A program made the translations under genes and the position numbers. The notes below the pieces were generated by a model. The model searched no databases. It had not been told where the DNA came from and saw only the letters and a program-made list of their open reading frames with translations. A stretch of 64,000 nucleotides of DNA from Eimeria praecox. Lineage: Eukaryota. Below are positions 1 to 33,825 of the stretch, piece by piece (positions within the stretch are counted from its first letter, which is position 1; the number at the start of each line of letters is the position of its first letter). The DNA lies in assembly GCA_963920595.1 (NCBI GenBank), contig OY986946.1, forward strand, positions 5,642,001 to 5,706,000, given 5' to 3'.

Positions 1-15
1 TCTATATCTCTATAC

Positions 16-93
<78 letters not shown>

Positions 94-805
94 TTATCAA
101 TATATATAAGTATATAGCAGCTATACATACACCCCCGCCCAAACAAACAGACAACAATGAAATAGAAGTAGTATGTAGAGAAGAATAGAAGCTTTGTTTA
201 TCTTCTTTTCTTCTCTCTCTTCTTCTCTTCTCTCTCTTCTTCTTTCTTCTTTTATTTTCTATCCATGGGCGACATTGAATTCGTTTTCTTGATTGTTTCT
301 TCCTTTGTAATCTCCGCTGCAAAGTATCTAACCCCGTTGTTATATCTTTATTTTATTATTACGTATTATTATTTATTATTATTAATATTATTAATTATTA
401 ATATTTATTTATTAACAGCTACCCTCCCCTTCCCCTTTAGAATCTATCTCCCCTTTATCTACACAGTCTTAGTTATAAACAACTCAGATATATTCTAGCT
501 GCTCTACCTGCCTCTGCTCTGCTGCTGCGGAGCCGCACGTGCTGCAGCAAATACGCAGCTATACTTACACTCGAGAGGGCCTTTCGACTCTTCCTGTAGA
601 CATCTATATCTATATAGATATATCTATAGATATATCCATATATCTGTATATCTATATCGGTATATCTGTATCTATATATCTGTATATCCGTATCTCTATC
701 TCTATATCTCTATATCTATCTATCTATATCTCTATCTATCTATGTCTAGATCTATCTAAACCTACCTATATCGGCATCTTTCTATATGTGTATCTATCTC
801 TATTC

Positions 806-868
<63 letters not shown>

Positions 869-1030
869 GCTTCGTCTTTCCTTGTAACGAAGGCACAAAT
901 AAAAGAGAATGTTCCCAGGGCCACTCGTTCGGGTGTATGCACATACACCGCAAGAAGGGCCTCTTCTACATTCACAGCGCTCATACAAACTGTGTGGCAC
1001 CACACAGGCAGTACTGATGGGGCTTCTACT

Positions 1031-1058
1031 TGCATGCATGCATGCATGCATGCATGCA
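1031..1058. repeat. (TGCA)n / TGCATGCA palindromic octamer run
   Basis: tgcatgcatgcatgcatgcatgcatgca read directly; shorter copies near 19442, 28137 and 41921. TGCATGCA is a known abundant Eimeria motif and an ApiAP2-bound sequence in other apicomplexans. Confidence 0.85.
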
Positions 1059-1253
1059 ACAGTTGGGGCTGACTGGGGCTGTGGGGAATGAGAGTGGGCC
1101 GCCGGGGGCCCCCCCCGCCTGTTGAGGTGTACGTACAACTATCTATCGTCTACCTTGCTCTGCTGAAGCTGAAGGGGATATACAATATAAAATACTAAAA
1201 CCCCTCAAACGCTTCAAGGCAAGGGAAGCCATATAAGAAGAAACAAGCAGAAG

Positions 1254-1285
<32 letters not shown>

Positions 1286-1542
1286 AACAGGAGAGACCAA
1301 GCAGCAGTAGCAGCAACAGCAGCGGCATTGAATCAAGCGAAGAAGAACAATTCCGATATGATGGCTGCTGCTGCTGCTGCTGCAGCAGCAGCAGCAGCTT
1401 TTCCTGTTGCTGCTGCTGCAGTCATCCTCGTGTAGCTGCTTCTTCAGTCCTTTCCGCTGCTGCTGCCGCTGCTGCTCCTTCAGCACCGCCTCCGCAGCAA
1501 CAACAACAACAACAACAGCAGCAGCAGCAGCAACAGCAGCAC

Positions 1543-4871
<3,329 letters not shown>

Positions 4872-4877
4872 CTTCAG

Positions 4878-4910
<33 letters not shown>

Positions 4911-5240
4911 GACAGGCTCTGCTTTGCTTGGCAGCAGCAGCAGAAGCAGAAGCAGAAGCAACAGCAGCAGAAGCTGCAGCAGATGGGTTAAGACCTCAAA
5001 CAACCTGAGGCGTTCTTATCTTCTTGCTGCTGCTACTGCTGGCAGCAGCTGCTGCAGCTGCTGCTGCTGCTGCTGCTGCTGTTGCAGCAGCAAATACCCA
5101 AGAGCAGCACGCGAGCCTTCTTGTCTGACTTAAGAAGAATGTGCTTGAAAGGGCCTATCTAGGGTGTTTCTTCTCTATAAACAACTAGCTTTCAGGTGTA
5201 CGTACACCTCCAGCGTGCTTGCTGCTGAGACTCGGCGGCT

Positions 5241-5275
<35 letters not shown>

Positions 5276-5406
5276 GCAGCAGAGGGCTAGAGATCTTTAC
5301 GTCCTGTTCTGTCGTTTCAGGGGACGTTTTGTAGGATAATATGTAGAAAGCTAAACAAAAAAACATACAATATAACCTGAAATGCGGTGTACGTACAGCT
5401 GCAGCA

Positions 5407-5474
<68 letters not shown>

Positions 5475-5783
5475 TACAACAGGAGTGTAGTGTACTAGAG
5501 TCTGTCTCTCATAGCTTCATTTGTATATCTCTGCGTTGTATTTTTATTTATTTTTTAAAATATAATTAAATATATTTGTTTATTTTATTATATTATTGTA
5601 GAATATCGTATTAGAATATACAGCATATCTCTACGATGGCGGTGTATGCCTGCGGTGTACCTTGAGCTCTACTTACTGTCGTCGCCTCTTCTTGTTTGTT
5701 TTAATATTTATTTTTTTTTATTTAAAAAATATAATTAAATAAATAATTGTAAATGTTTTATTGTATTTATTATTATTTATATA

Positions 5784-5836
<53 letters not shown>

Positions 5837-5882
5837 TGGCAGCATCCCTCATCCCCACGCCAGGAGCCAACAGACGTAGCTA

Positions 5883-5922
<40 letters not shown>

Positions 5923-6094
5923 TTCTCTTTCAGATAATAACTGTCAATATTATTAAATATATTAAATTAAATCTTTTAATATTAATTGTTTCAAATATAT
6001 TTATACTATATATTTATATCTTCTCATATACCTACCCCCATCAAACACACACCTACTACTCTAACCGTAGGTAGGTAGGCTTAGTACTCGCTTA

Positions 6095-6705
6095 GTAGAC
6101 TAGCTAGCCGTAGCTAGCTACATAAGAGAGTAGCTAGCTACCTAAGAGAGTAGCTAGCTACATAAGAGAGTAGCTAGCTACATAAGAAAGTAGCTAGCTA
6201 CATACGAGAGCAGCTAGCCACATAAGAGAGTAGCTAGCTACATAAGAAGCTAGCTAGCTACATAAGAGAGTAGCTAGCTAGCCAGCTGGCTAGCTAGCTA
6301 GCTGAGGAGACAGTTTTCTAATAGCAGGTGTATCCACCTACCTGCGGATATAGCTGAACAGGTATATATAGCTAGCTAGCTACCTAAAGAAGTAGCTAGC
6401 TAGCTGAGTGAGGGGGCGCTAGCTAGCCGAGGAGGGTATAGCTAGCTGACTGATTCGGGGGCTACCTATCTATCCCTCAACTACCTAGTCATTCTATATA
6501 CAGCGCGAGAGCTGTGGCTAGCTAGCTAGCTAGCTAGCTGGCTGTTCGGAGCTTCTCTCGTTGATAACGACATCAGCTTTCTTTCTTCTTTCTCTTCTCT
6601 AGGAGATAGCCTACGAACAGCTATCTAGCTAGCTACATCTACCTATCTATCTAGCTAGCTATCGAGCTAGCTAGCTACAGTTGGCTAGCTAGCTACAGCT
6701 AGCTA
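6095..6705. repeat. (AGCT)n-rich region including a 20-bp minisatellite TAGCTAGCTACATAAGAGAG
   Basis: About 8 near-identical units at 6111-6280, followed by dispersed (TAGC)n runs. Confidence 0.85.
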
Positions 6706-7245
6706 CCCACGACAGGGGGTGTGTTTCTGTGAGTCTAAAGGAGGTATACTCTGTCTGTAGCTGGAGACACGTATGTCTGCTTCTTCTTCTCTGTCTCTAC
6801 AAACAGAAAGGAGACAGAAGGAGAGACAGACAGTTTAATAAAAGAAGAAGAGGGCCTCTCATCTCATTATCTGTCTCCTCAATTTAATTTAATATCTGTC
6901 TCCTCTACAACTGTGTCCTCTAATGTTAATGCTGTGTTTTTTATTATGTTTTTGTGAGGGATATATTGCTTTCATCTCTTGTCTTTGACTGTCTCTTAAT
7001 TGTATTTGTTTGTCTTCAATTATATTTAATTATATTTAATTATATTTAATTATATTTAATTATATCTAATTATATTTAATTATATTTAATTATATTTAAG
7101 TGTATCTACTTGTCTTAAGGTGTCTTTAGATGTCTCTAATTATATTTTATTATATTTAGTTTTTCTTGGCTCTACTTGTTTGTATTTGTTTGTCTTTACA
7201 ATTATATATTAAATATATCTAATATATAATATTAAATATTATATA

Positions 7246-7328
<83 letters not shown>

Positions 7329-7494
7329 TTAATTGTGCTTTATTATATATAATTTACTTAGTATAACTCGAATTGTTTCTTATTGTCTTTAATTATATTA
7401 AACTCTTCTCCTAAACTACTTCTGTATTTAATTGTTTTAAATTAAACAACAAACTTGTCTCGAAAACTTATCATACTCAAATACTCTCAGCCCG

Positions 7495-8504
7495 TGGGGG
7501 GCCCCCCCTTATCTCTCTAGGGGCCCCTTGACTTTCCTGACCTCAACGAATAAGGGGGGCCCCCCTAAGATAATATTATATCGTTAGGGGGCCCCTTAGC
7601 TGTTCTTGAGTTGTTAGGGCCCCCCTTCAGGTTCTCTAGACCTTCAAGGGCCCCCCCTGGGCCTCTGGGGGCCCCCTTAGGTGTCTTGGAGTAGCAGGGG
7701 GCCCCTTGCTGCTGCTATTGTGCGTGAGGGGGCCCCTTAACGGCTTTGGGGGCCCCCTATTAAGAGGTTGAGGGGCCCCCTCCTAAGGGCCTGAGGGCCC
7801 CCTTGTAAGGGGTTTGGGGGCCCCCTAAGGGATTTGGCCCTCCCCTAAGTTATTTGGGGGCCCCTGTCTTAAGGGCTTTGGGGGCCCCCCCCAACTCAGG
7901 GGTTTGGGGGCCCCCTTGTAAGGGGTTTGGGGGGGCCCCTTGTAAGGGGTTTATAGGGCCCCTCTCCTAAGGGATGAGGGGGCCCCTGTAAGGGATTGAG
8001 GGCCCCTTTCCTAAGGAATATGGGGGCCCCCTTGTAAGGGATTTCGGGGGGCCCCTTGTAAGGGGTTTATAGAGCCCCTCTCTTAAGGGATTTGGGGGCC
8101 CCCTTGTACGGGATTAGGGGACCCCTCTCCTAAGGGATTAGGGGGGCCCCCTTGTCAGGGAGTTGGGGGGCCCCTCTGTTAAGGGATTTGGGGGCCCCCT
8201 TGTACGGGATTAGGGGGCCCCTTTCCTAAGCGATTAGGGAGGCCCCTTTGTCAGGGAATTGGGGGGCCCCTCTATAAGGGATAAGGGGGCCCCTCTCTTA
8301 AGGGATTAGGGGGCCCCTCTATAAGGGATAAGGGGGCCCCTCTATAAGGGATAAGGGGGCCCCTCTATAAGGGATAAGGGGGCCCCTCTATAAGGGATAA
8401 GGGGGCCCCTCTCTTAAGGGATAAGGGGGCCCCTCTCTTAAGGGATTAGGGGGCCCCTCTATAAGGGATAAGGGGGCCCCTCTCTTAAGGGATAAGGGGG
8501 CCCC
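7495..8504. repeat. GGGGCCCC-core minisatellite (23-bp unit GGGGGCCCCTCTATAAGGGATAA, degenerating leftward)
   Basis: Near-perfect units at about 8262-8504 and diverged units to about 7495; lies immediately 3' of the tRNase Z stop. Confidence 0.9.
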
Positions 8505-8563
8505 TGTTGGGTGTTTGGTTGATAGTTTGTTTATTAATTTTTTTAAAAATTTGTTTTGTTTGT

Positions 8564-25708
<17,145 letters not shown>

Positions 25709-25940
25709 CTTTCAAATCCTTATATGCTGCTGCTGCTGCTGCTGTTGCTGCTGCTGTTGCTGCTGCTGTTGCTGCTGCTGTTGCTGCTGCTGTTGCTGGT
25801 GTTGCTGTTGCTGTTGGTGCTGATGATGATGGTACTGTTGAGGCGGTTGCTGCTGCTGCTGCTGCTGATCCTGCTGCTGGCTGTGCTGCTGCTGCTGCTG
25901 CTGCTGCTGCCTCTCCTGCAGCACACTCTAAGAGAAACCT

Positions 25941-25983
<43 letters not shown>

Positions 25984-26064
25984 TTGCTGTTGTTTTTGCT
26001 GCGGTTGCTGCTGCTCCTTCTGCTGTTGCTGCTGCTGCTCCTTCTGCTGTTGCGGCTGCTGCTG

Positions 26065-26095
<31 letters not shown>

Positions 26096-26337
26096 AGAAC
26101 CAGTGCTGCTCCTTCCGCAGCAGCAGCAACGCTGATAGGATCGGGGGGCCCCCCGTTGTGCCTCGAGGTTGCGATGGGGGCCCCTGAGCGTAAATGAGAG
26201 AGTATATTTATTTATATGTTATATTTTATTAAATAATAATATATTAAATTAAAATAAATATAAAAACAGAGAAAGAAAGAGAAGAAAGAGAAGACAATCG
26301 AGAGGGTGGGGCCCCCAGCCCGAGTCTTTAGATACCT

Positions 26338-26552
26338 AACCCTAAACCCTAAACCCTAAACCCTAAACCCTAAACCCTAAACCCTAAACCCTAAACCCTA
26401 AACCCTAAACCCTAAACAATTAATATAAATATTTAAAATAATATTTATATTTATATTTATATTCGAATTTATATTTACATTTATTTATTTATATTGTTTC
26501 TATATTTATTTGGGCGTATCTACACGCAGCAGCAATACTGTCGACAAACCTA

Positions 26553-26593
<41 letters not shown>

Positions 26594-26722
26594 TGCTGCT
26601 GTTGCTGCTGCGTCAAGGACAATCAAACGGGGTGTATATACACCTCAGAAGGACTGCAGCAGCATCTTCAGCAGCAGACGAGCACAAGCCCCCCTGGCAA
26701 GGAGTCGGCAGGGGCCCTTGCT

Positions 26723-26758
<36 letters not shown>

Positions 26759-27175
26759 CAGCAATGATAGACACTCCTCGGATGCTGCAGCAGCAGCAGC
26801 AACAGGAGCAGCAGCAGCAGCAGCAGCCTGCGAAGGAGGGCGAAGAACAGCAACAGCAGCAGCAGCAACAGCAGCAGCAGCAACAGCAGCAGCAGCAACA
26901 TCAGCAGCAGCAACAGCAGCAGCAGCAACAGCAGCAGGAGGAGACCACCCATTCTCTTCCCTCTTCTTCTGCAACTCCGATTTCTGAAGGTGTTGTTTAT
27001 TGTTGTAGGTGCGTTTCTGACTAGGGTTTAGGGTTTAGGGTTTAGGGTTTAGGGTTTAGGGTTTAGGGTTTAGGATTTAGGGTTTAGGGTTTAGGGTTTA
27101 GGGTTTGTTATGATACCCCTCGTTGAAAGAAAGATGCTTGGCTGCCCCCACACGAACATCCGAGTGTCTTCTTTG

Positions 27176-27222
<47 letters not shown>

Positions 27223-28028
27223 CTACTTCTTCTTCTGCTGCTGCTGCTGCTATTACTACTACTGCTGCTGCTGCTGCTATTTCTGCTGCTGCTGTTGCTG
27301 CTGCTGCTTGCAGATGCTGCCGCCACAAGCTTTTCTATGAGACCCAGGTACAGCATCACCAACCTAAGGGGGCCCCTCATGGGGCCCCCAAGGGGGCCCC
27401 TCTGGGGGCCCCCGCTCTGGGGGCCCCCCTTCAGGGGGCCCCCCTTCTGGGGGCCCCCCCTCTATCCTGTACAAGTATATTTGTTGAACCCCTCGATTGG
27501 ATGAGAGGCCTCGAGGGGCAGGAGGGGAAGCTCATCTGTCCAAACCCTGCGGTGGGGTTTGCTGCAGCTGCTGCTGCTGCTGCTGGTGGTGTTGCTGCTG
27601 CTGGTGTTGCTGCTGATGGTGTTGCTGCTGGTGTTGCTGCTGCTGCTGCTGTTGGCGGTGCTGGTGGTGTTTGAGTTTGAATGCGCTAGAGTTTGTAGCT
27701 TCTCCTAGGGTTTAGGGCTTGTGTTACGGTGTCTGTTAGGGTTTAGGGTTTAGGGTTTAGGGTTTGTGCTGCAGTGTGGGGCCAAGCTAGGCAACTGGAG
27801 TTGGATAGGGCTTAAGTGCTCTTGCGGCCGCTGGACGACCCCAGCCTTTCAAGTAAACCCTAAACCCTAAACCCTAAACCCTAAACCCTAAACCCTAAAC
27901 CCTAAACCCTAAACCCTAAGCTCTAAGTTGTAGTGCTCGTGCACATAGGAGAGTCCCTACTGCTGCTGCTTCTGCAGCAGCAGCAGCAGCACCAGCTAAC
28001 TCTATACCAGCAGCAGCAGCAACACCAG

Positions 28029-28069
<41 letters not shown>

Positions 28070-30093
28070 GCAGCAGCAACGTGTCTTGTATACCCTCGAC
28101 AGGTACATCTCTCGCGCGTAGATCGAACGAACGCATCGCATGCATGCAGAGGACAAGAACCCATCATGGTATTCGAACCATGACCCTAAACAGCCCCCCA
28201 AGGGGCCCCTCAAGGGCCCCCTAGGGGGCCCTCAAGGGCTCCCTTGGGGCCCCTCAAGGGCCCCCTAGGGGCCCATCGAGGGCCCCCTTGGGGCCCCTCA
28301 AGGGCCCCCTAGGGGGTCCTTGAAGGGCCCCTGGGGGGGCCCTTGAGGGGCCCTATAGGCCCCATGGGGGCCCCTGAGGGCCTAATAGACTCCTCAGGGG
28401 GGCCCAGAAGAGTGCATCAAGGGGCCCCCTGAGGGGCCCCCTGAGGGGCCCCCGAGGGGCCCCTTGAGGGGCCCCTTGAGGGGCCCCCTGAGGGGCTCTC
28501 TTGAGGGGCCCCCTCAAGGGCTTAATAGGCCCCTCAGGGGAATCTTGGCGGGCCCCTTGTGGGGCCCCGTTAGGGGCCCCACAAGAGGCCCCTTAAGGGG
28601 CCTCCTTAAGGGTTTAGGGTTTAGGGTTTAGGGTTTATAGCCCGTGAATAGCCGTAGTAGAGCCCCAAAGGGGCCCCCACAGGGAGGGGTTTAGGTTGGG
28701 GCCCCTAGGCGAGGGGGGCCCCCTTGAGGGGCCCCCCTTGGCTGTCCCTCTCTTTGTGTTTGTTCTGCTTGTGTTTTATCTAGAAAACTCGTAGAGGAGA
28801 AGAGAAGGAGAGAGCTGAGGAGACACCTGAGCTCAGGTGTATCTTATAATAATTTATTTAATATATTTTAAATAAATATATTATAACAAATAGCAGCAAC
28901 TATGAAAGGAGAATGGAAGGGATAGGGTTTAGGGTTTAGGGTTTAGGGTTTAGGGTTTAGGGTTTACTTAAGCAGAAGGGCTTATACAGACTACTTCGTC
29001 CTTCCCTCTAGCAGCCGACACTACAGAACCTTAGCTCAGCCATAGGGTTTAGGGTTTAGGGTTTAGGGCTTAGGGTTTAGGGTTTAGGGTTTAGGGTTTA
29101 GGGTTTAGGGTTTAGGGTTTGGGCTTTAGATGGCGCTGGAGAGCTATTAGCGATTTCCCCTCTCCTACTTGCATTTAGGGTTTAGGGTTTAGGGTTTAGG
29201 GTTTAGGGTTTTAATAAAGGGGGGCCCCCCTAGGGGCCCCTCGGGCAGCTTGCTGGCTGTCTGTACACCCTAGCAGCTAAGCCCCTAAACCCTAGAGGAG
29301 GGGTTATGTTGTTTTTAGGGTTTATAAACAATATATAAACAATATTATCTTTCTATTTTCTACTTACTTAATCTAAACCCTAAACCCTATACCCTAAACC
29401 CTAAACCCTAAACCCTAGGGTGTGTTAGGGGCCCCACCCCACATGTGTCGATATTTGTATATTTGTGTATGTAAATAAATAAATATTTTTATATACTATA
29501 CTATAACTCAATATATATTATTATATAAATATAAAACAAATAAATATATATTTATTATTTATATAAACATATAATGGAGGGCCCCTTCAGCCCCAATATC
29601 TTCAGTTTATCTTCCCCTCATAATGAGAGACTACTCAAGTTAAATATAGCTGCCGAGAAAATATTATTCTTTAATAAAGTAAATTATATACAGGAGGGGT
29701 TAGGGGGTAGGGTTTAGGGGATAGGGGTTAGGGGTTAGGGTTTAGGGTTAGGGGTTTAAGGTCTAGGGTTTTGGATTTAGGGTTTAGGGTCTAGGGTTTA
29801 GGGTTTAGGGTCTAGGGTCTAGGCTTTAGGGTCTAGCGTTTAGGTTTTAGGGTCTAGGGGTTAGGGTTTAGGGCCTAGGGTTTACGGTTTAGGGTTTAGG
29901 GTTTAGGGTTTAGGGTTTCTGTGGCTTGAAGAAGTTGAGCAGGGTCAACTCCTCTCCTGTCAGAGTCAGGAATATATAAACACTGAGGGTTTAGGGTTTA
30001 GGGTTTAGGGTTTAGTGCCTTACATACAGGACTGTCTAGGGTTTAGGGTTTAGGGTTTAGGGTTTAGGGTTTAGGGTTTAGGGTTTAGGGTTT
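26338..30093. repeat. Dense cluster of telomere-like heptamer arrays in both orientations
   Basis: AAACCCT arrays at 26338-26417, 27855-27918 and 29375-29417. AGGGTTT arrays at 27023-27106, 27738-27765, 28610-28636, 28924-28965, 29044-29121, 29174-29210, 29695-29918 and 29987-30093. Confidence 0.95.
26764..28183 (+). CDS. Yvh1/DUSP12-type C-terminal zinc-binding domain protein lacking the phosphatase domain, about 213 aa, 4 exons
   Basis: Exons 26764-27008, 27314-27551, 27775-27852, 28103-28183 (642 nt). Spliced product: YCCRCCRHKLF...CTSIFVEPLDWM...EGKLICPNPACGAKLGNWSWIGLKCSCGRWTTPAFQVHLSRVD, the characteristic Yvh1/DUSP12 zinc-domain pattern. The N-terminus is a poly-Q tract. Confidence 0.9.
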
Positions 30094-30219
30094 GTGTGTT
30101 TCTTCAGTTGCTACTGGCTGTGGGGGAACAACTCGAGCGCGTCCGTGAAGCCCTAGGGGCCTTTCGAAGGGGCGAAGCCGGCAGAGCCCCCCTAAACCCT
30201 AGCAGCAGCAGCAGCAGCA

Positions 30220-30253
<34 letters not shown>

Positions 30254-31022
30254 GAGCAGCAGCAGCAGCAGCAGGATGGCAGATATCTGCGGGTATATGG
30301 AGGAGATGTGTTTAATAGGAGAGACATTTGTTGCTGTTGATTCTGAGCAGCTATGTTGTTTCCTGCTGCAGGTGGGGCTGTCTCCTTATTATGCTGTCTG
30401 TCTCCTTATTATGCTGTCTGTCTCATTATGCTGTCTGTCTCCTTATTCTGCTGTCTGTCTCCTTATTATGCTGTCTGTCTCCTTATTATGCTGTCTGTCT
30501 CCTTATTATACTGTCTGTCTCCTTATTATGCTGTCTGTCTCCTTATTATGCTGTCTGTCTCCTTATTCTACTGTCTCCTTAGTATACTGTCTGTCTCCTT
30601 ATTCTGCTGTCTGTCTCCTTATTATGCTGTCTGTCTCCTTAGTATACTGTCTGTCTCCTTATTCTACTGTCTCCTTAGTATACTGTCTGTCTCCTTAGTA
30701 TACTGGCTGTCTCCTTAGTATACTGTCTCCGTAATCTACTGTCTCCTTATTTTATTCTACTGTCTCCTTATTCTGCTGTCTGTCTCCTTATTCTACTGTC
30801 TCCTTATTCTACTGTCTCCTTATTATGCTGTCTCCTTATTCTATTCTCTGTCTCCTTATTCTACTGTCTGTCTCCTTATTCTGCTGTCTGTCTCCTTATT
30901 CTACTGTCTGTCTCCTTATTCTGCTGTCTGTCTCTTGTTGCTGCTTCTATCCTCTAAATCCTGCTGTTGCTGCTGCCGCTGCTTCTTTTGCTCTTGTTGT
31001 TGCTGCTGCTGTTGCTGCTGCT

Positions 31023-31071
<49 letters not shown>

Positions 31072-31258
31072 TTTGTGTGTCTGTTTGTTTATGAGCTGCC
31101 TCAGTCTTTCCGCCTTTGTCTGTCTCTGTCTCCAAAATATAATAATTGATTCTCTCTTCTTTTTTTGTTGCTGCTGCTGTTGCTGCTGCTACTGCTGTTG
31201 CTGCTGCTGCTGTTGCTGCTGCTGCTGTTGCTGCTGCTGCTGTTGCTGCTGCTGCTGT

Positions 31259-31293
<35 letters not shown>

Positions 31294-31482
31294 CATAGGG
31301 ACAGACTGCAGCGGCGTCGGCAGCATTTGCTGTCGGATCGTCGTGCTGCTCTTCGTTCTCTTCTGTCTCTGTCTCCTTCTTCTAAAGAGTTAGAGACAGG
31401 GGGTTGGGGGTTCCTACTTAAAGATATAAATAAACAAAAAGAGACAGAGGAAGAAGAAGATGGAGACAGTGATGATCATTAA
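29574..31482 (+). CDS. PDRG1: PDRG1-like prefoldin beta-type subunit, about 185 aa, 3 exons
   Basis: Exons 29574-29678, 30108-30371, 31294-31482 (558 nt, all phase 0). Helix (LLKLNIAAEKILFFNKLLLAVGEQLERVREALGAFRR), hairpin (MCLIGETFVAVD), helix (QHRDRLQRRRQHLLSDRRAALRSLL) and GWGFLLK follow the PDRG1 layout as I recall it. Confidence 0.7.
30378..30934. repeat. 16/20-bp minisatellite (CTGT)CTGTCTCCTTATT(ATG/CTA), intronic
   Basis: Tandem copies; contains ATTCTACTGTCTCCTT, the reverse complement of the 22190-23010 unit. Confidence 0.9.
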
Positions 31483-31502
31483 ACAAACATTCGCCCTACC
31501 CC

Positions 31503-31555
<53 letters not shown>

Positions 31556-32242
31556 CAGTTGTTGCTGTTGTTGTTGCTGTTGCAGTAGTTGCTGTTGCAG
31601 TTGCTGCCGCAGTACTCGTGCTACAGCAGACACAATTTCCGGACTTAGACCTCAGGCTGGCTGAGGGCCCCACAGGGGGGCCCCTCGGGGGGGCCCCACA
31701 GGGGGGCCCCATAGGGGCCCCCACCCCCCCCAGGGGCCCCTACAGGGGCCCCCTGGGACAGGGGCGCCCAAGGGCCTCTTTCCACTACAGGGGACCCCCA
31801 AGGGGCCTCCCAAAGGGGCCCCCCACAGGGTCCCCCCAAGGGGCCTCCCAAAGGGGCCCCCCACAGGGGCCCCCCAAGGGGCCCCCCACAGGGGCCCCCC
31901 AAGGGGCCCCCCAAAGGGGCCCCCGAAGGGGCCCCCGAAGGGGCCCCCCAAAGGGGCCCCTTATGAGTTGTTATTGCTTTGTTCTGAAAGATACTTTGTT
32001 TTGTTTTTTGTGTTTAATTTTTTTATTTAATAAACAAAATAAAAATAGAATAATAAAAAATAAAAATAGAAGAGGGGGGCCCCTCTTCATGGTTAGTTGA
32101 TATCTGTCTGGGTTTGTATAGATTGTAGGATAAGAAGAGACAGCAGCATAAACTTGTGCTGCTGCTGCTGCTGCAATTGTATGCTGCTGCAGCAGCAGCA
32201 GAAACTGTGCGAGACAGGAGAGAGAGACAACTGAAAAGAGAA

Positions 32243-33045
32243 AGGAGACAGATAAATAATAAATTAAGGAGACAGATAAATAATAAATAGAGGAGACAGA
32301 TAAATAATAAATAGAGGAGACAGATAAATAATAAATAGAGGAGACAGATAAATAATAAATAGAGGAGACAGATAAATAATAAATAGAGGAGACAGATAAA
32401 TAATAAATAGAGGAGACAGATAAATAATAAATAGAGGAGACAGATAAATAATAAATAGAGGAGACAGATAAATAATAAATAGAGGAGACAGATAAATAAT
32501 AAATAGAGGAGACAGATAAATAATAAATAGAGGAGACAGATAAATAATAAATAGAGGAGACAGATAAATAATAAATAGAGGAGACAGATAAATAATAAAT
32601 AGAGGAGACAGATAAATAATAAATAGAGGAGACAGATAAATAATAAATAGAGGAGACACATAAATAGTAAATAGAGGAGACAGATAAATAATAAATAGAG
32701 GAGACAGATAAATAATAAATAGAGGAGACACATAAATAATAAATAGAGGAGACAGATAAATAATAAATAGAGGAGACAGATAAATAATAAATAGAGGAGA
32801 CAGATAAATAATAAATTAAGGAGACAGATAAATAATAAATAGAGGAGACACATAAATAATAAATAGAGGAGACACATAAATAATAAATAGAGGAGACACA
32901 TAAATAATAAATAGAGGAGACACATAAATAGAGGAGACACATAAATAATAAATAGAGGAGACATATAAATCGAGGAGACATATAAATAGAGGAGACAGAT
33001 AAATAAATTAAGGAGACAGACAGATAGAGGAGACAGATAAACTAA
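32243..33045. repeat. 24-bp minisatellite GAGGAGACAGATAAATAATAAATA, intergenic
   Basis: About 28 near-perfect tandem copies. Confidence 0.95.
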
Positions 33046-33376
33046 GGAGACAGGTAAGGAGACACAGGATAGTAGAAACAGAGAAAGAGACAGAGAAAGA
33101 GACAGAGACAGAGACAGAGACAGAGAAGGAGACAGAGACAGAGAAGGAGACAGAGACAGAGACAGAGAGAGAGGAAGAAGGGGGAGAGGGGGAGATAGGG
33201 AGACAGTAGATTGAGGTGTCTGTCTCCGAACAGCAGCAGCAGGAAGCTCACAGCATATGTCTTGCTGCTTCAAGGAGCCAGTTATATTAATTTGTCTCCT
33301 TCTATTTTTTCTATCTGTCTCCTTCTCTATCTCTTCTCTTCTGTCTATTAACAACACTGTAGGCGGTTCAATGCCC

Positions 33377-33433
<57 letters not shown>

Positions 33434-33488
33434 CTGTCTCCTTCTAATAGACACGAGTAATCTGCCTTTGTATGACGACTGCAGCTTC

Positions 33489-33825
<337 letters not shown>

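Noticed and set aside
808..1059. Short non-repetitive ORF (MSAVNVEEALLAVYVHTPERVALG)
   Set aside because: No recognisable motif or supporting splice structure, and it runs into (TA)n.
28924..29210. Telomeric arrays alternating with 45-80 bp unique spacers, as a CRISPR-like or microexon cassette
   Set aside because: Array lengths are irregular, and I found no consistent splice sites, reading frame or RNA-gene boxes in the spacers.
26338..30093. Chromosome end or telomere fusion
   Set aside because: Arrays are short, occur in both orientations and lie inside introns and promoters of intact genes; interstitial heptamers are typical of Eimeria.
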